Part shown: positions 46,204 to 60,139 of the stretch, in pieces | Layout of the letters: each line of letters begins with the position of its first letter | Position numbering within the stretch: the first letter of the stretch is position 1 | NCBI GenBank assembly: GCA_043228905.1 | Contig: JBHGNT010000012.1 | Coordinates: 8,494,001-8,558,000 of the forward strand | DNA length: 64,000 bases | From: Azolla caroliniana | Lineage: Eukaryota > Plantae > Polypodiophyta | Reading direction: 5' to 3' | Position numbers and translations under genes: made by a program | Notes under the pieces: model-generated | Databases searched by the model: none | What the model was told of the DNA's origin: nothing | The model's input: the letters and a program-made list of their open reading frames with translations, nothing else

Positions 46204-48903
46204 TGTTGGCATAAACGAACGATTCCTTCCAAGTTGTATCCGTCTGAGTGTGAACTCATCAATAAGTTAAGGTTTAGTATATAAGTGAATTCTTAACATT
46301 GTATAGACTAACGAGTGATAGAGAGACGAAACATCTGTGTATTGTATCTCACAGTGGGAGAGGGAGAACGAAGCAATAAAGCTTTCCATTAGAGCTTGCA
46401 CTATGTACGTCCACGCCCATTCTATTTTTCTGTCTATGTTGTTTGCTGTTCAGAACCGACAACAGATCCACACACGTTTCCGCTAACTGCACTCGTTACC
46501 AACAACTGGTATCGGAGCGAATCTTTGCTAGTCGTTGGCAATAGACAAATAGAAGAAGCTGAAAGAAAAGACCAGGTCAGAAATCTCAAGTTCGCAAACA
46601 AAATATGGCTTCAACATCCAGAATAGGAGTTGAAATCAGAAAATTCGATGGCAAAAACTTTGCCCTGTGGAAGGAGATGATGCAGGATGTGCTGATCATT
46701 CGAAGATAGATCGAAGCCATTCGACACAGCGAAAAACCTGCTTCAATGACAACCGAGTGACAGGAACTACACGCTCCCGATGAACAATGCTCGGCCACAA
46801 CCGAGTCTAGAATAAAACACAGAAAACGGGGAATGAATGCAGGACACAGTGAAGAGAAGAGTACACAGGATGTTTACGTGGAAAACCCAAACTCGGGAAA
46901 AACCACGGCAGCCCACAAACCGCAAACTATCACTATGTCAGAATGTACAATAAGAAAGCACCGAGGCCACGACCTCAAGCTTGCTATCTTCGCCACAGGC
47001 GGCGGTTACAATCAGCGGCAACGACCTCTTCCTCTCTCTCACTCTCTCTGTACATAGTTGCACGCACTAATCTTGCGCCAACAAGAATGACAACAACACT
47101 CATTAACTAAAGTTTTCCCTAAGTCATATTTATACTAATATGACTTTTCGGCTATTTACTAATATAGCCACGATGGACTCTCAGAAACATATTTACGAAT
47201 ATGTCTCTTCATCCGGCGAGCACTCCTCATAGGGCTTGCATCATCCAGCGCTTGCCGGGTACTCGTCATCCGGTTCTCACCGGGTCTTCCGTTTCCGGGT
47301 ACTCCTCATCCGGTTCTCACCGGCTCTGCACCATCCGGCTCTCCGTAGCCGGGTACTCTTTATCCGGTTCTCACCGGGTCTTCACCATTCGGAGGGACCT
47401 GTTTCCTAACACCGAGGAGTGGAGATCAACGGACGAAATCGCACGCTCCACCATCCGAATGCATCTAGCCGAAAATGTCTATTTTAGCATGGCAAAAGAG
47501 ACGACAATGTTCTCATTATGGGAGAAGCTACAAGAAATTTATGAAAAGAAGTCCTCATCTTCGAAACTGATTTTGATCAAACAATTGTTCAACATGAAGA
47601 TGAGAGAGACCGATCCGGCAACCTCCCACATCAACACCTTCAGCCGGGTGTTTTCTGAGCTCTTATCACAAGGGATCAACTTCGAAGAAGAAGTGAAAGC
47701 CCTTGCCCTCCTATCGAGCCTGCTGGCGAGTTGGGAGGTATTCTGCATGACATACGCCAATAGCCGACCGATCCTAAACTTGGACGAAACAACCGGCCAA
47801 GTCCTCACAGAGGACATCATGCGAAAATCGATGGGACTAACCATCGATGCATCGGCAGAAGCCCATCACTCGACTGAGTCGAACGAAAGAACAAGCCGAC
47901 AGAATTGGTCAACGCTAGAGCAGATCGAAAACAAGGAGTGACCAACAACAGTCGAAGTCGAAAACGGGCAAATCAAGCGAGTATTGCACACACTGCAGGA
48001 AAGCTGGCCACAATGTTCCCGACTGCTGGCATTGAAAAGAAAAGAGAGCGGTCAGCGATCCAAGCGGAATCGGGCACGTTCCAACTCGGACCACTCTCTA
48101 GTCGGAAACCAGATCAACGTTGCCGACACCCGATCTGGAGAAATCCTCTCCTTAGCGGACTCAATGATCGGACAATTCCTCTACAATGCACAAGTTGCAC
48201 ACACGTGGCTACTAGACTCTGGTGCCACATTTCACGTGACCCCCAACATTGAATGGTTCTCGAACTATTCAGCCAACGCCAGTGGCACAGTTTGACTGAG
48301 AAACCGGTAGGAGTGCAAGATAGTCAGAACCAGGGAGGTTCCCATCAGATTGGCAAATGGCAACACAATAACCCTGCATTGAGTTCGGCACATACCCGAT
48401 CTAAAGAGGAGTCTGGTCTCCATCGGCATGTTAGCCGAAGACGGGTATCGAACGACTCTACACGAGTCGACATGGGTGATCAGCAAAGGAAACCTCAAAA
48501 TCGGTAGTAGGCACAAGTATAATAATCTATACTCATTGATGGCGATCAACCTTGAAGGGGCCGTGAACGTAGCCGAGAAAACCGACCCGAACCTATGGCA
48601 TGGCCGACTAGGCCACATGTCTCAAGCCGGACTTGATCGGCTGATGTCAGTCGGTTACATCCCGAAACTCTAGGCAAAGACGGACTTCTACGAGCATTGT
48701 CAATATCGGAAACAAACCCGAAGTCCATACTCTCTCCACTACGAGACGACACGACATCCCCTAGAGCTCGTGCACACAGAAATATGTGGGCCCATGCCAG
48801 AGCGATCACTAAGAGGCTCCTGGTACTTCATCACATTTGTAGATGGCTGTACACGGAAAGTTTGGCATACTCCATCAATTCTGTAAAGAAATGGAGCTTG
48901 TGG
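46204..48903 (+). mobile_element. 5' half of a degenerate Copia (LTR 46204-46504, PBS 46507-46518, gag-PR-INT start)
   Basis: TGTTGG..CCAACA LTR, TGGTATCGGAGC PBS, KFDGKNFALWK, WLLDSGATFH and LWHGRLGHMS motifs. Confidence 0.88.
46758..47411 (-). mobile_element. Copia solo LTR, same group as 16821-17585
   Basis: TG..CA ends, perfect TSD CCGAG (46753-46757 and 47412-47416), clear similarity to 16821-17585. Confidence 0.9.
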
Positions 48904-48967
48904 TGTAACGTAACGGAAGATAATTGAGTGTGTGTGTGTGTGTACAACAAACAAAGAGAGGGAGGGA

Positions 48968-49004
<37 letters not shown>

Positions 49005-49470
49005 TTATGTACACATAACGTTGGTGAGGGTAGGTCACTAATATTTACATTAGTGAAGGGTATGTTCACTATTATTAAAAAGGGGACTAATGATTGGATA
49101 GAATGAATGATATGTGCATGCACTATCATGATTTAGACAACCAATGAATAGAGAGCCTTTTAGAAAGGCACATCTATTCAAGGGGCCTAGGAAAAGGTAT
49201 AAATATGAGGCTTAGCTACCCTCATAGGAAATCACGTCGGAAGGCTGCTGTCGTAGACACCGGTGGTGCGGGCTAGGCTTTCGTCTCGACGATCGTGTTT
49301 ATCTCTTCCAAGGTATTAGTCATCCTAATATCCGGCGGTATGGGACGTCGGTGGTAGGTTGGCTATGTCTAGATCATAGCTCGGGGGTGGTCGGGTGGAA
49401 CGGGTTCTTCTATCCAATCTATTTTCTTCCTTTTTACTTGATTTGGTCTATTGATTAGTAATAGACTCTT

Positions 49471-49474
<4 letters not shown>
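48904..49474 (+). mobile_element. Probable LTR of an unidentified family
   Basis: TGTAAC...TTAACA ends, TATAAATA near 49198, (TG)n and (AG)n tracts; no matching TSD found. Confidence 0.45.
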
Positions 49475-49509
<35 letters not shown>

Positions 49510-50965
49510 CTCTTAACAAGAAAACTGTATAGTACTTCCAACAGTAACAAGGTTACAAAGGGTTGGTTTAAATACCAACTAAACTAGGGCAAGGGCCCTT
49601 TCAACTATTTACAAAACTAGCATGGTATGTCCATGACCTAGTGTGAAACCTATTTCTATGGGAAGTTGAGTTCGATTCTCAACACGCTCCTTCGAACACA
49701 ACTTCCGGATATCAAAACATTGTTTCGGATCGGTCTTCGGAACACTTCGAACTTCGATTGTTTGTCTTTTCAGTTGCGTACTCCTTGTTCGGCTTCATTG
49801 TTCTGTACTCCCCCTCAAGCTCGGTTGGTGGGGAAGAGATAAGCCAAGGTTCGACGTGAACTGTCATAGCTTGTCGATACCAAGGGCTTTCGTGAAAATG
49901 TTAGCAACTTGGAGGTGCGTACAGATATGTTGTAAATCGATATCTCCGGCCTGTACACGCTCGTGGATGAAGTGGGAGTGCACTTCGACATGCTTAGTCC
50001 GCGCATGGAATACGGGGTTCCGCGCCAGGTAGATACTACTCATGTTGTCGTTGTATAGACGAATCGGATCCTTGATGGGTACACCCAGATCCTTCAGTAT
50101 ACGCTTGAGGCATATAGCTTCGCATGCGGCGACCACCGTGCCCCTGTATTCGGCCTCCAAGCTCGACAGTGTGACTATCGGTTGCTTCTTGCTTCTCCAT
50201 GAGATTGCTCTGTTGCCGAGGGAGAAAACGAATCTTGATGTTGACCGTATATCCGCTTTATAACCTGCCCAATCCGCATCTGTGTACCCTTCATGTCAAA
50301 TTATTGTATTTGACCTGTATTTGACGTTGTAATCCATCGTACCACCGGCATACTGAAGTACCCTCTTAGCGCAGTCAAGATGAAGGTTTCGCGGATTCTG
50401 CATGAATTGGCTGAGTAGGCTGACCGAATAGCTGAGCTCGGGTCACGTAATGGTTAGGTAGATGAGGTTGCCGATCAATTGGCGATACTGAGTTGGCTCG
50501 CACTCGACGGTGTCAGAATCAACATCAAGCTTGAGATTACGGTCCAGCGGGGTGGACACAAGTTTGCACTCCGTCATCCCGAACTTGTAGAGTAAGTTGA
50601 AGACGTAGTGTCATTGTGAGATCGTTATCCCGACTGGTGTTTGAATTACTTCGATGCCTAAGAAGTAATGTAGCTCGTGCAGGTCTTTCATTTTGAATTT
50701 GCCAGAGAGAAGTGATTTAGATCTTTTCCTCTGATGACCAAATCATCCACGTAAAGGATGATGACAATCGGGCTATCCGACTCGTTTCAGATGTACACAG
50801 AAGTATCAGATTTTGACATTCGAAATCTGATCTAATGAAGATACTGCGTGATCTTCGAGTGTGACACACGTGGTGCTTGTTTGAGGCCATAGAGAGGCTT
50901 CTTGAGTAGGCGCATGTCGTTCGGATGACTACGCGATTCAAAACCGGGTGGTTGGATCATGTACA
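49475..50965 (-). pseudogene. Copia RT-RNase H fragment with part of the 3' LTR (begins at 49684 on the minus strand)
   Basis: YMIQPPGF, LYGLKQAPR, EAEYR and NPVFHARTKHVEV motifs; purine tract then TGTTGAGA. Confidence 0.85.
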
Positions 50966-51273
50966 AACACCGGGTCATTTGAAAAGGGTAATATGTCGTA
51001 TTCTCTTTTGCCATAGTTGGTGAGATGCAGAAAAGTACCCTAATTTAGCATGATTTCAAAAATGTACAATGCATGCGTACCTATTTTGCGAATGGATGGT
51101 GAAATATAGAACCAAATAAAATCCAAGCATTTGGTGAATTGTATACGTCTTGTTTTCGTGTCAATTTGTATATCCTGGAGTACAATTGAATACTAGGTTG
51201 AATATTAAACATCTTTATTTGGTATCCATATTCAAATTGTAGAGTAAAACTACATAAACCCTAAATGTTAATG

Positions 51274-52882
51274 TGGCATGGATCAAAAGAAGACTTGTCT
51301 GCCGCATTTCCAATGACTCCCAAAAGATATTGCAGATGAGTGCCTCGTGCAAATGCATCTAGTAGGGCGTTTGACATATTGTCAAACAATAAGGCCACAA
51401 GTATTCTTAACTTATCCTAATATCCACAACGACCCTAATTTCACTGTCACCGTCATGCACAGAGTATTGCAATCATGGTCAGGCATAGTACCGCCAGTTC
51501 TATACGTGCAACTAGACAACACAACAAGAGAGAATACAAACTCAACTGTCTTTGGTTATCTAAGCATGCTAGTAGAGAGGGGCATATTTAAAAAGATAAA
51601 GGTCAACTTCTTATTAGTTGGTCATACCCATGATCACATAGATAAAATGTTTAGTAGGTTCTCAAAGAAACTAGCTCGTTGTAATGCTTTCACGCTTACC
51701 ACGCTATCAAAATTGATAAGTGAAGCATATACACCAAAGCCTGAAGTACATCACTTGAATGAAGTGTGTGACTTTAAATGTTTCTGCATGGATGGTGATG
51801 GGACGAAATGTAGGGTGCTTGCACCTCTTAATAATATAAGTTTCAACCATGTCTTCCTCATAAAACAAACCTCGGCCCACCTCAAGATGACGGTGTTGTT
51901 TGCAAAAGAATACTCATCTAGTACACAATGGGAGCCCCAAGAAGGTTGTAGGCTCCTACTTCATATCCTAGATGTACCACTGCATGGTGCACATCAAATG
52001 CCATATGATGATCATAAAAATGTGGCACCCAATAGTTCTATTGATGAACAAAGGGCATATTGGTTGCGATGTCTTGAAGAGAAACAAAAGAATATTGATC
52101 GCACCAAGAAGTACGCCGGTGATGAGGATGTTGAATGGTGGGAGATCTTCTTCACCCATCAACGCACCATTTTAGATAATTACATCGCCAGATTTTGGCC
52201 AATCCATAACCCATTCACATGGAATATTGGGGTGCCATCAATGATATCGTTGACTCATCATCAACCATCGAATAATATAGAGCTTCATAATTTAGTTCGA
52301 CCACAGCAAAGAGATATTTACGTGGGACCAAGAAAGTCACGTATTGTTGAGGCAGGATGGCAAGGTAATTTGCAAGAACTACAAGTTGGAATGTTGGTCG
52401 CAACATTAGCTGGGGATGATAACTTGGGCCATCCATTTTGGATTGCAAAAATTATTGAATTAGTGAAGGATGAAGAAGGCAATCAGACAAAGTCAATTGT
52501 GGTCCATTGGTATCAAACATCTTCACCTGATGCATTTACGGGAAAGTATTCTTTAGAGATGGTTAAGGATGTCGGATGTTCAAGTAGAAAGAGAAGAAGA
52601 AAGAATATACCGAGCACAGCTACTCTCGCACTAGACCGTGTTGACATACTAGTATACGACTTCTCATTGACAAAATCAGGCCATCTAAGACAAGCCACCA
52701 TCAAGATAATAAAGGAGAAAATCCCAAATATGGTATCAAACAATATACAAAGACTAACCAGAAGCAATTCTCATAACCACAAAGATGTTGGCTTGGAATT
52801 GGACGAAGATAATGCATTGATTGCCACTGATGATGAGGATGAGACGCTAGAATGCTCTTCTAGTCCATCAGACATGTCTTAA
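51274..52882 (+). pseudogene. Sola1-like (DUF7869-type) DDD transposase, 3' part, with a C-terminal beta-rich domain
   Basis: GMDQKKTCLPHF upstream of the 511-aa ORF, then LYVQLDNTTREN and FLLVGHTHDHIDKMFS; one stop near 51315. Confidence 0.7.
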
Positions 52883-53672
52883 AATGTTGACTTGGTTCAA
52901 GCTCGGGATCGTTTTACTACATGATCTGAAACTTTGTAAATTACTTTCAGATGTTAAATCACGAATATGTATCATTATAGCTGGTAGTCATGTTGTACAT
53001 TCTTTTGTAATTTTGGCGATGTATATTGTTAGGCATTTTACTTATGTCTAAAAGTGGTAGTCATGTTGAAATTCAATATATTTTGCCACATTTTTTGAAA
53101 AGCTTTACGCATGCATCACGTCTTTTTGTAAACTTCATGGTTTTGTGCCCTTTTTCGACGTAGTGTTCTTAAAATGCGACATATTACCTGTTTCAAATGA
53201 CCCGATGTTCCTATTATAGTGGTGCTTTTGGTGCATTCTATAGATACTATTATGAAATCTTCTATTGACAATGAGCTCCAACCTGTTGAACACTTAGATT
53301 TTGTGGAGAAGATGACTGAGCCTACCACTTGCAATGGGTTGTCTACGGCTGTATAGTATGAGGATGTAACAATAGGTAAAAATGTGGCTATTAACCCTAT
53401 GTTCATTGTTGTTGGTATGTTTGCAAAATTTTGAGTATGTGAGTTGATACTAATATTCTCTGGAATCCCATTATTTAGGTTTACAAGAGTAGTCTGATTC
53501 CCAATTGCAATCAAATGAATTGGGAACTATATGGAGCACAAGTGTAGAGTCAGATTCTGGGATTAGCCTTTGTACGGAGGCAGACTCTAGGAGCACATCT
53601 TCCACACATGAGGACTAAGAAAAAAAGGAAGCATTCATATTTGAAGAGCAGCTGGCATGTACAAACAACAAT

Positions 53673-54614
53673 TTGTCTAAAGAATCCCATGAGGAGTGTG
53701 GAAAGAATATCGCTAGTACTAAAGAGGAGCCTGATTGTACTGAGAATGTGCAAGTAGTGTCTAAAGAATCCCATGAAGAGTGTGGAAAGAATATTGCTAG
53801 TACTGAAGAGGAGCCTGATTGTATTGAGAATGTGCTAGTAGTGGCTATAGAAGCCCATGAGGAGTGTGGAAAGAATATAGCTAGTAATGAAGAGGAGCCT
53901 GATTGTACTGAGAATGAGCATACTAGCATCACCCATGAGGAGTGTGGAAAGAATATAGCTAGTAATGAAGAGGAGCCTGATTGTACTGAGAATGAGCATA
54001 CTAGCATCACCCATGAGGACTAGGCAATAAAGACCACCCAAGAAGGGGAGCACGGTTGTGGTTGTCTTAAGAATGAGGTGACAGCCACCGTACAAGAGGA
54101 GTTGACCATGAGTACTGCCACAACCCACATACAGGAGTCTAATTGTACTAAGAACGAGTATACTAGCATCACCGATAATGATAGGGCAATAAAGACCACC
54201 CAAGAAGGAGAGCACAGTGGTCTTAAGAATGAGGTGACTATCACCAGCCAAGAGGAGTTCACCATGAGTACTGCTATAGCCCACATACAGGAGCCTAACT
54301 GTACTGAGAATGAGCATACTAGCAACAACATGAGCACTAAAACAACCCACATACAGGAGATGAGTGATAATTTGACTATCAACAATACCTTTGTGGATGT
54401 GTGTACAAGCATTGTAGTTGCAGAAAACACAGTTTCTCTCTCAAGCTTGCCACTGGTACAAGGTGCCCGTACATCCACACCTCTCTCTGATGCCTCTGAT
54501 GATGAAGTGCCACTTAGTAAGCTGATACCTAAAGGCTTTAAGATAAAGAAGAATGTAAAATCACAAAAAACTGGCACCAATAACAAGCGCATTACAAGAT
54601 CGGCGAAATTGTGA
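53673..54614 (+). repeat. Coding-like minisatellite: 60-66-bp units (HEECGKNIAS.EEEPDCTEN) x5, then about 120-bp diverged units
   Basis: CCCATGAGGAGTGTGGAAAGAATAT repeats; unit lengths are multiples of 3; acidic ORFs with a basic tail. Confidence 0.75.
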
Positions 54615-55322
54615 AATGGTGCTTGATTGTCTTTCGATTGTACTTGAACTATAGCTGAACTGTTAGTGATGTCTGAACTTGAACTATTTGGTATACCAAA
54701 ATACTGTCTAAATTGCTAATGTGAAATGTTGTGAAGATCAGATCACTTATCTAGTGTTGTAGTGTAATGTGAAATTCTATATTGCTAATTGTAGAGAACG
54801 AGAATGTATTATATTGTCAATTGTCATGCAGCCATGAATGTAGTAGGGAACAATTTGACATTCATATTAGTACTAAAATAAGATGTATGTATCCATCTAA
54901 CTGAGATACTTCGAGAGACTACTATGTATTAGTGAACACTTACAATTGACATTAGTACTAAACTAATATGTATATTGATACTTGCGAAGTATGGTCTCCT
55001 TGAGTGCACATAGTCAGAGTCGAATAGAGACTTAACACAATAGGGATTAGACTACTGGTATTGATAGTTGAATAAGTTTCGGCCATATTGATGCTACTAA
55101 GTATTGAAGACTTCACACCCTAAACCATAGAAACAAGCAACTCTATAATTACCATGAACACTTTCAAAACAAGCTCAATAAATACTCTAAACACTTTAGA
55201 AGAAAGAAGAAATATATCAATTCATTTGTCAAGCATCAAAAATAATATATCAATACATCAAATAGTGAACTACAAGCGGATATTTTTCAGTTGCCAACTA
55301 CAATGTATTAATAGGGTAACTT

Positions 55323-58300
55323 TTAAGCATTAAACAGAGAGACCTCCCCTAATATGGGCTCATGAACCTCTTGGGGGACCTTGTAGACAATGTTGTATCC
55401 CTTAATCTTGTGCTTTGCTTGAGTCATATTCAACTTGATCGCAAGAATGGCCGCAATGTAGATTATTGCGATGGGTGCATCTTTAAGTAATGCATATGTG
55501 TTCTTGCACTGCGGCAACTTTGCATAATAGTTTCCATACACGACAGACTCACCAACGTTGAACATGTTGCCCCAACCATCCCTCACGACTTCTTTCAATA
55601 ATGTCTTTCCTTGCTTGCACACCACAATGTAGTAGTCTTCTAAATCTTCATTCTGAGGAGATTTGAGCACCACAAAATGATCTCCAACTTCCAATAAAAC
55701 TACCAAGTCTTGATGTTGGTTGTAGTATACAATATCATTTGAATGTGCATCCTCTTCGATATCATCTTGTCGTTCAGGCTCAAGCTTCTGCAGCTTCCAG
55801 GGCTCCACGATTGATAAGTTGATGCATTTATCCCAAGCTTCATCTATACACATGGAACAAAAGCATGATAAAGTATGGAGTAACAATTGCGGCTAAACCC
55901 TAATACACAATGGGTGCTTGCGTGTGCCTTTCACGGTTTTACAACCATATGATTTAGTTCTATCGACCTCATCAACACGAACCTCAACAAAAAATCAGTT
56001 CTTACCATCATTTGACATCTTCCATGTTAGCCACTCCACAACATCATGTGCATTTTGTAACTTAGCACCATTATTATCCAACTGCTCACTTGTAAGGGCA
56101 CGTTTGATCACAACCCCCGCGCCATCATGCTCTCCTTTTCTATGTCCAGACCGGAAGTAGTTCCATTGCATACGAATGTTGAATAAGGAGAAGTACTTGC
56201 TTTTGTATCCCAAGTTTCCAACAAACATTAGTACTATGTTGTCAATCGAGAGTACTATACATCCATTAATACTGATTTAGTACAAATACAAAACAAAGCA
56301 TAGCACAATGTAGTACTTTACATGTACTTTACATCCTTCAATAAATATTGATTTAGTACAGATACAACACATAGTACAATACAATGTGTCCATGGGGAGC
56401 ACTCAACATGGGCTAAAAGATACTTAGTACAAACTCTTAAGAACGGCCAATACTATGAGTACAAGACGAGTACTTTACATCCTTCAATAATACTGATTTA
56501 GTACAGATACAACACACAACACAGTACAATGTGTCTATGGAGACAACTTCACATGGATTAAAAGATAATAAACACAGATTTACGTGACAGGATGGTACTA
56601 TGTGATCAATCAAGAACACTTAACATAGTTATAAACATAATTAGTATGCATGCATCCATTTGAATAGTACTGTGTTTGAATAGTTACAAACATAATTAGT
56701 ATGCATGCACTAACACAAGAATTACTTCCTTAGACATTGCATTATAAGTACTAAACATATGGATCAAAAATTACCTGACGATAAAGTAGAACGATCGTGC
56801 CGCCTTAAACTGTGAGGCAGCACCATCAGACCAAACCCAATGACGGTTAAAGCTAAACCCTAGAGACAATAAATCTGCATGGTGAAGCTTAAAACAATGT
56901 TGAACAAATATTGTATCATGCTTTTTATCATCTGAAATGTAAAATATTGATTTCTTATGTAACTCATTGTCTTGTCTCCAATAGCAAATATGTAAAGTAT
57001 TGTACATTGATCATTGTACCAATGCATTGATTGAACCTCATTTTGAACTTTAAATGTATAGTTTTCTGCAAAGTCAATAACGGATACGATGACACCCGTT
57101 GGAAAGTTATTAATACATTCCTTAAACTGTGAATTTTGCCAATAACTCTGAAAGTTATGTGGAATGAACTCCCCAAATTGTTTCTTAAATTCTGAGACAA
57201 GGGTAGTAGCACATGTCTCCTTATATATTTCCTTGATACGCTTAGTTACAAGTCCCTTGCCAATATTTTCAGTCACATACTCTAAAAATTTCCATTTCAC
57301 AATATGACTGTTTCCCAAATCAAGCTCCTACCTACAAAATAATGGTAGCGGACAAACCTTACATGTTCTTAAAAGACATGTACGACGATCCCACTCACAT
57401 GATGGTTCTTTTTCACAAACACAAGACCTCCATAACTCAGAAACGGACGCATAAGTCATGTTTCGTGTATTACACCTATTATCCTCCCCATTTGGTCTAC
57501 AAACCTCACAAGTGCAGACACATAATTTCCCGTGTATACCCTTAGAATCAGTACGCATTGGATTCACTCCAAGCCTTAACATATCCATCTTCACGTGGTA
57601 CACACAACAACATGTATTCCTCTCATTTAATTTTCTAACATAATATGGTTTCAAACCTTGGAACTTGCGGAATCCAACAGTCAAGCTTGGATGTTGGTCT
57701 TTAAAGTTCATGTACAATTCAACCTACATCAACCAATATATATAGCAAACATTAATATACACTTGGTCAAAACAAAAATTTATGGAATGTGAATTGATAT
57801 AAAAAAATGGAATACCTCCGTCATCTCCAAGAAGTGTCTAGGGTGAATTTGTTACTTACCCTCACTTATTCGTTGTCTACACGCGTCCTTCTTATTTGAT
57901 GAGACACGGGTATTTTTTGCCCAAAATGAATCCACTTTCTCAATAATCTCTTGAGATAAGGCATCGCATTGTCTTCTACGTCCCAACCCCAGCCACTTGA
58001 ATTGGCTTGAGTGTATATTTCGGCGATGTTTCCTCAAGTTCCTTCTTTGAATACCCAGGGCTAAGGCAACTTTAGTATCACTATATTTTTTTTCTCTCAC
58101 ACCGTTCACAACCATGTGTAGGGTTGCCCTCTTTGTAGCAAGTTTGTCTATGCTACACCTTTCACTAAGTCTAGGGATGACTTCATAGACTCTACAATCT
58201 CTTCTGAAACACATTGGTCCCTAAATTCTTCCCATGTCTTCATTCAAGCGTTGATGGTGTAACACTCTACATATAATATCCCTACGATCCTCTTCACCAA

Positions 58301-58433
58301 ATCTCTTCGTTATTTCTACCAAATAACGGACTATATGAAGAACCACTCGTCTCTTGGTCCTTTCAGATATACATGAGTTACTTGACAACTCACTCTCGTT
58401 GGGGATCCCCATTTGGTCACTAGATTTATCCAA
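55323..58433 (-). pseudogene. Sola2-like DDD transposase gene with introns, degenerate
   Basis: TCCCVYH cysteine cluster, IDFAENY, WSDGAASQFK, GHRKGEHDGAG and SCFCSMC motifs; GT-AG intron 57724-57815 and a second intron from 56774 to about 56197. Confidence 0.72.
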
Positions 58434-58614
58434 CTACACTAAGAAATCACAATCAAATGTTTTTAAATGCGGCCTGCAAAGTGAGAAATAATTCGTTTCG
58501 GACATTAGAATTACGGATCAAAGATGACAATTATCATTTCTTTATTCACAAATTTCTAAAAATGAAAAAATTTAGTACTGAAAATGTAAAAATAGTTCTG
58601 AAATTTAGTACTAG

Positions 58615-58930
58615 AAAGGAACCTCCAATAATGGAGGGAGCGTTGAATCTATGTGATATGTTGCCTCGATTGAACTGAAACATCATTGTAGCTAAAGGAA
58701 AGGAAATCAACTGAGACTCCGTTAGTAGCGGCGAGCGAAAAAGGAACCTCCAATGGTGGAGGGAGCGTTAAATCTGTGTGATATGCCGCCTCGATTTGGT
58801 GGAATGAACCTCCAATGGTGGAGGGAGCCTTGAATCTATGTGATATGTCACCTCAATTTGGTGGAAGGAGCCTTGAATCTGTGTGATATGCCGCCTCGAT
58901 TCGGTGGAAGGATCCTCGCCTTGGTGGAAA
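58615..58930. repeat. About four to five imperfect GGAGGGAGC..TGAATCT.TGTGATATG repeats upstream of the Sola2-like gene
   Basis: Direct repeats visible near 58633, 58758, 58819 and 58863. Confidence 0.8.
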
Positions 58931-59471
58931 AAGCCTCAAATCATCGTGAGATAAATTGCAATCGGTGGAAGAAGCAAGAAAATCGTTCTCGAAGAAGTCA
59001 CTATTGGCTGTTATAAGAGGCCTCAGAATAGTCTCTAATCCTCAACTCACTCCCTAAAACAGAAACCCTAACAAAACAAGAAATCCTCAACTCAAAACCA
59101 AAAACCTAACATGGATGTCTGAGATATGCTCCATAAACCCTCACAAACCTCTTACATTGGAGGAAAACCAGAAACCTGACATGGATGTTTGAGATGAAGA
59201 GCTTAGAGGGATAGAGGAAGAGGAGTAAGAGGAGTTGGTTTGAGGGGAAGCGCCAAAAACGACGTGAGGGGAAAATAGCCCCCAAAATGGAAAGAACATC
59301 TCCTCACGTGTTCCCCCCACTCCTTGTCTTAAATGACACTTGTACTACACTCACCCCACTTCCCAAAATTGTTTTTTTTTCTCAATTATTTAGTACTAAC
59401 AGTATCGACAGGATTGACTTTTTGTGGCAAAAAATAGTACTTTTCTGGTACACCGTAGCGTGCTTCCACCC

Positions 59472-60138
59472 AGTGAGGAAAAGAAAAGTCGACTCATATA
59501 GACAAGCTTTTTTTTAGGGGAAAAAGGCAAGCAATCCTAAACCTATAAAAAAGAGCCTATTCTAGTGAAGAAGGGGGGGAGGGAGAAGGAACATGGAAGA
59601 TCTACTCAATTGGAAGGCATAAGAAGAAGGATCAACAACATCGAGAGGAATCATCAACAAAGAATCACCTTCTTCTATATTCCACTCTCTTCTTTCCTCC
59701 ACCTCTCTTCCCCCTTCCTTTATAAATTATCTCTCATATTCATATCAAACACGTTGTAAAATTGATTCTTATTTTATAAAAGAATCTATTATATTGCAAT
59801 AAACTAATGTTTGGTTTCACCTACGTGTCTTATATGTTATTGTCATTTGTGCTTATTTGTTTGTATGTCTTGTGACAAGGGAGCATTTTGGGCTGGCCCA
59901 TGCACCTCTCCTTTCACAAAGGCATTCAAACTTACGTATCTTATATGTTATTGTCATTTTTGCTTATTTGTTTGTGTGTCTTGTGACAAGGGAGCGTTTC
60001 GGGCTTGCCCATGCACCTCTTCTTTCACAAAGGCATTCAAACTTTCGTGTCTTCCGTGTTAGTGTAAATCTTGCTTGTGTGTTCATGCGACTTGTGGCAA
60101 GGGAGCGTTCAGGCTTGCCCATGCACCTCTCCTTTCAC
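59472..60138 (+). repeat. Fragment of the satellite-bearing LTR (inverse of about 42500-43172)
   Basis: Reverse-complement match from AGTGAGGAAAAGAAAAGTCGACTC onward; two 111-bp units plus one diverged unit. Confidence 0.9.
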
Positions 60139-60139
60139 A

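Noticed and set aside
59040-59180. AAACCCTAA telomere-like motifs
   Set aside because: Isolated copies, not an array; at most telo-box-like promoter motifs.
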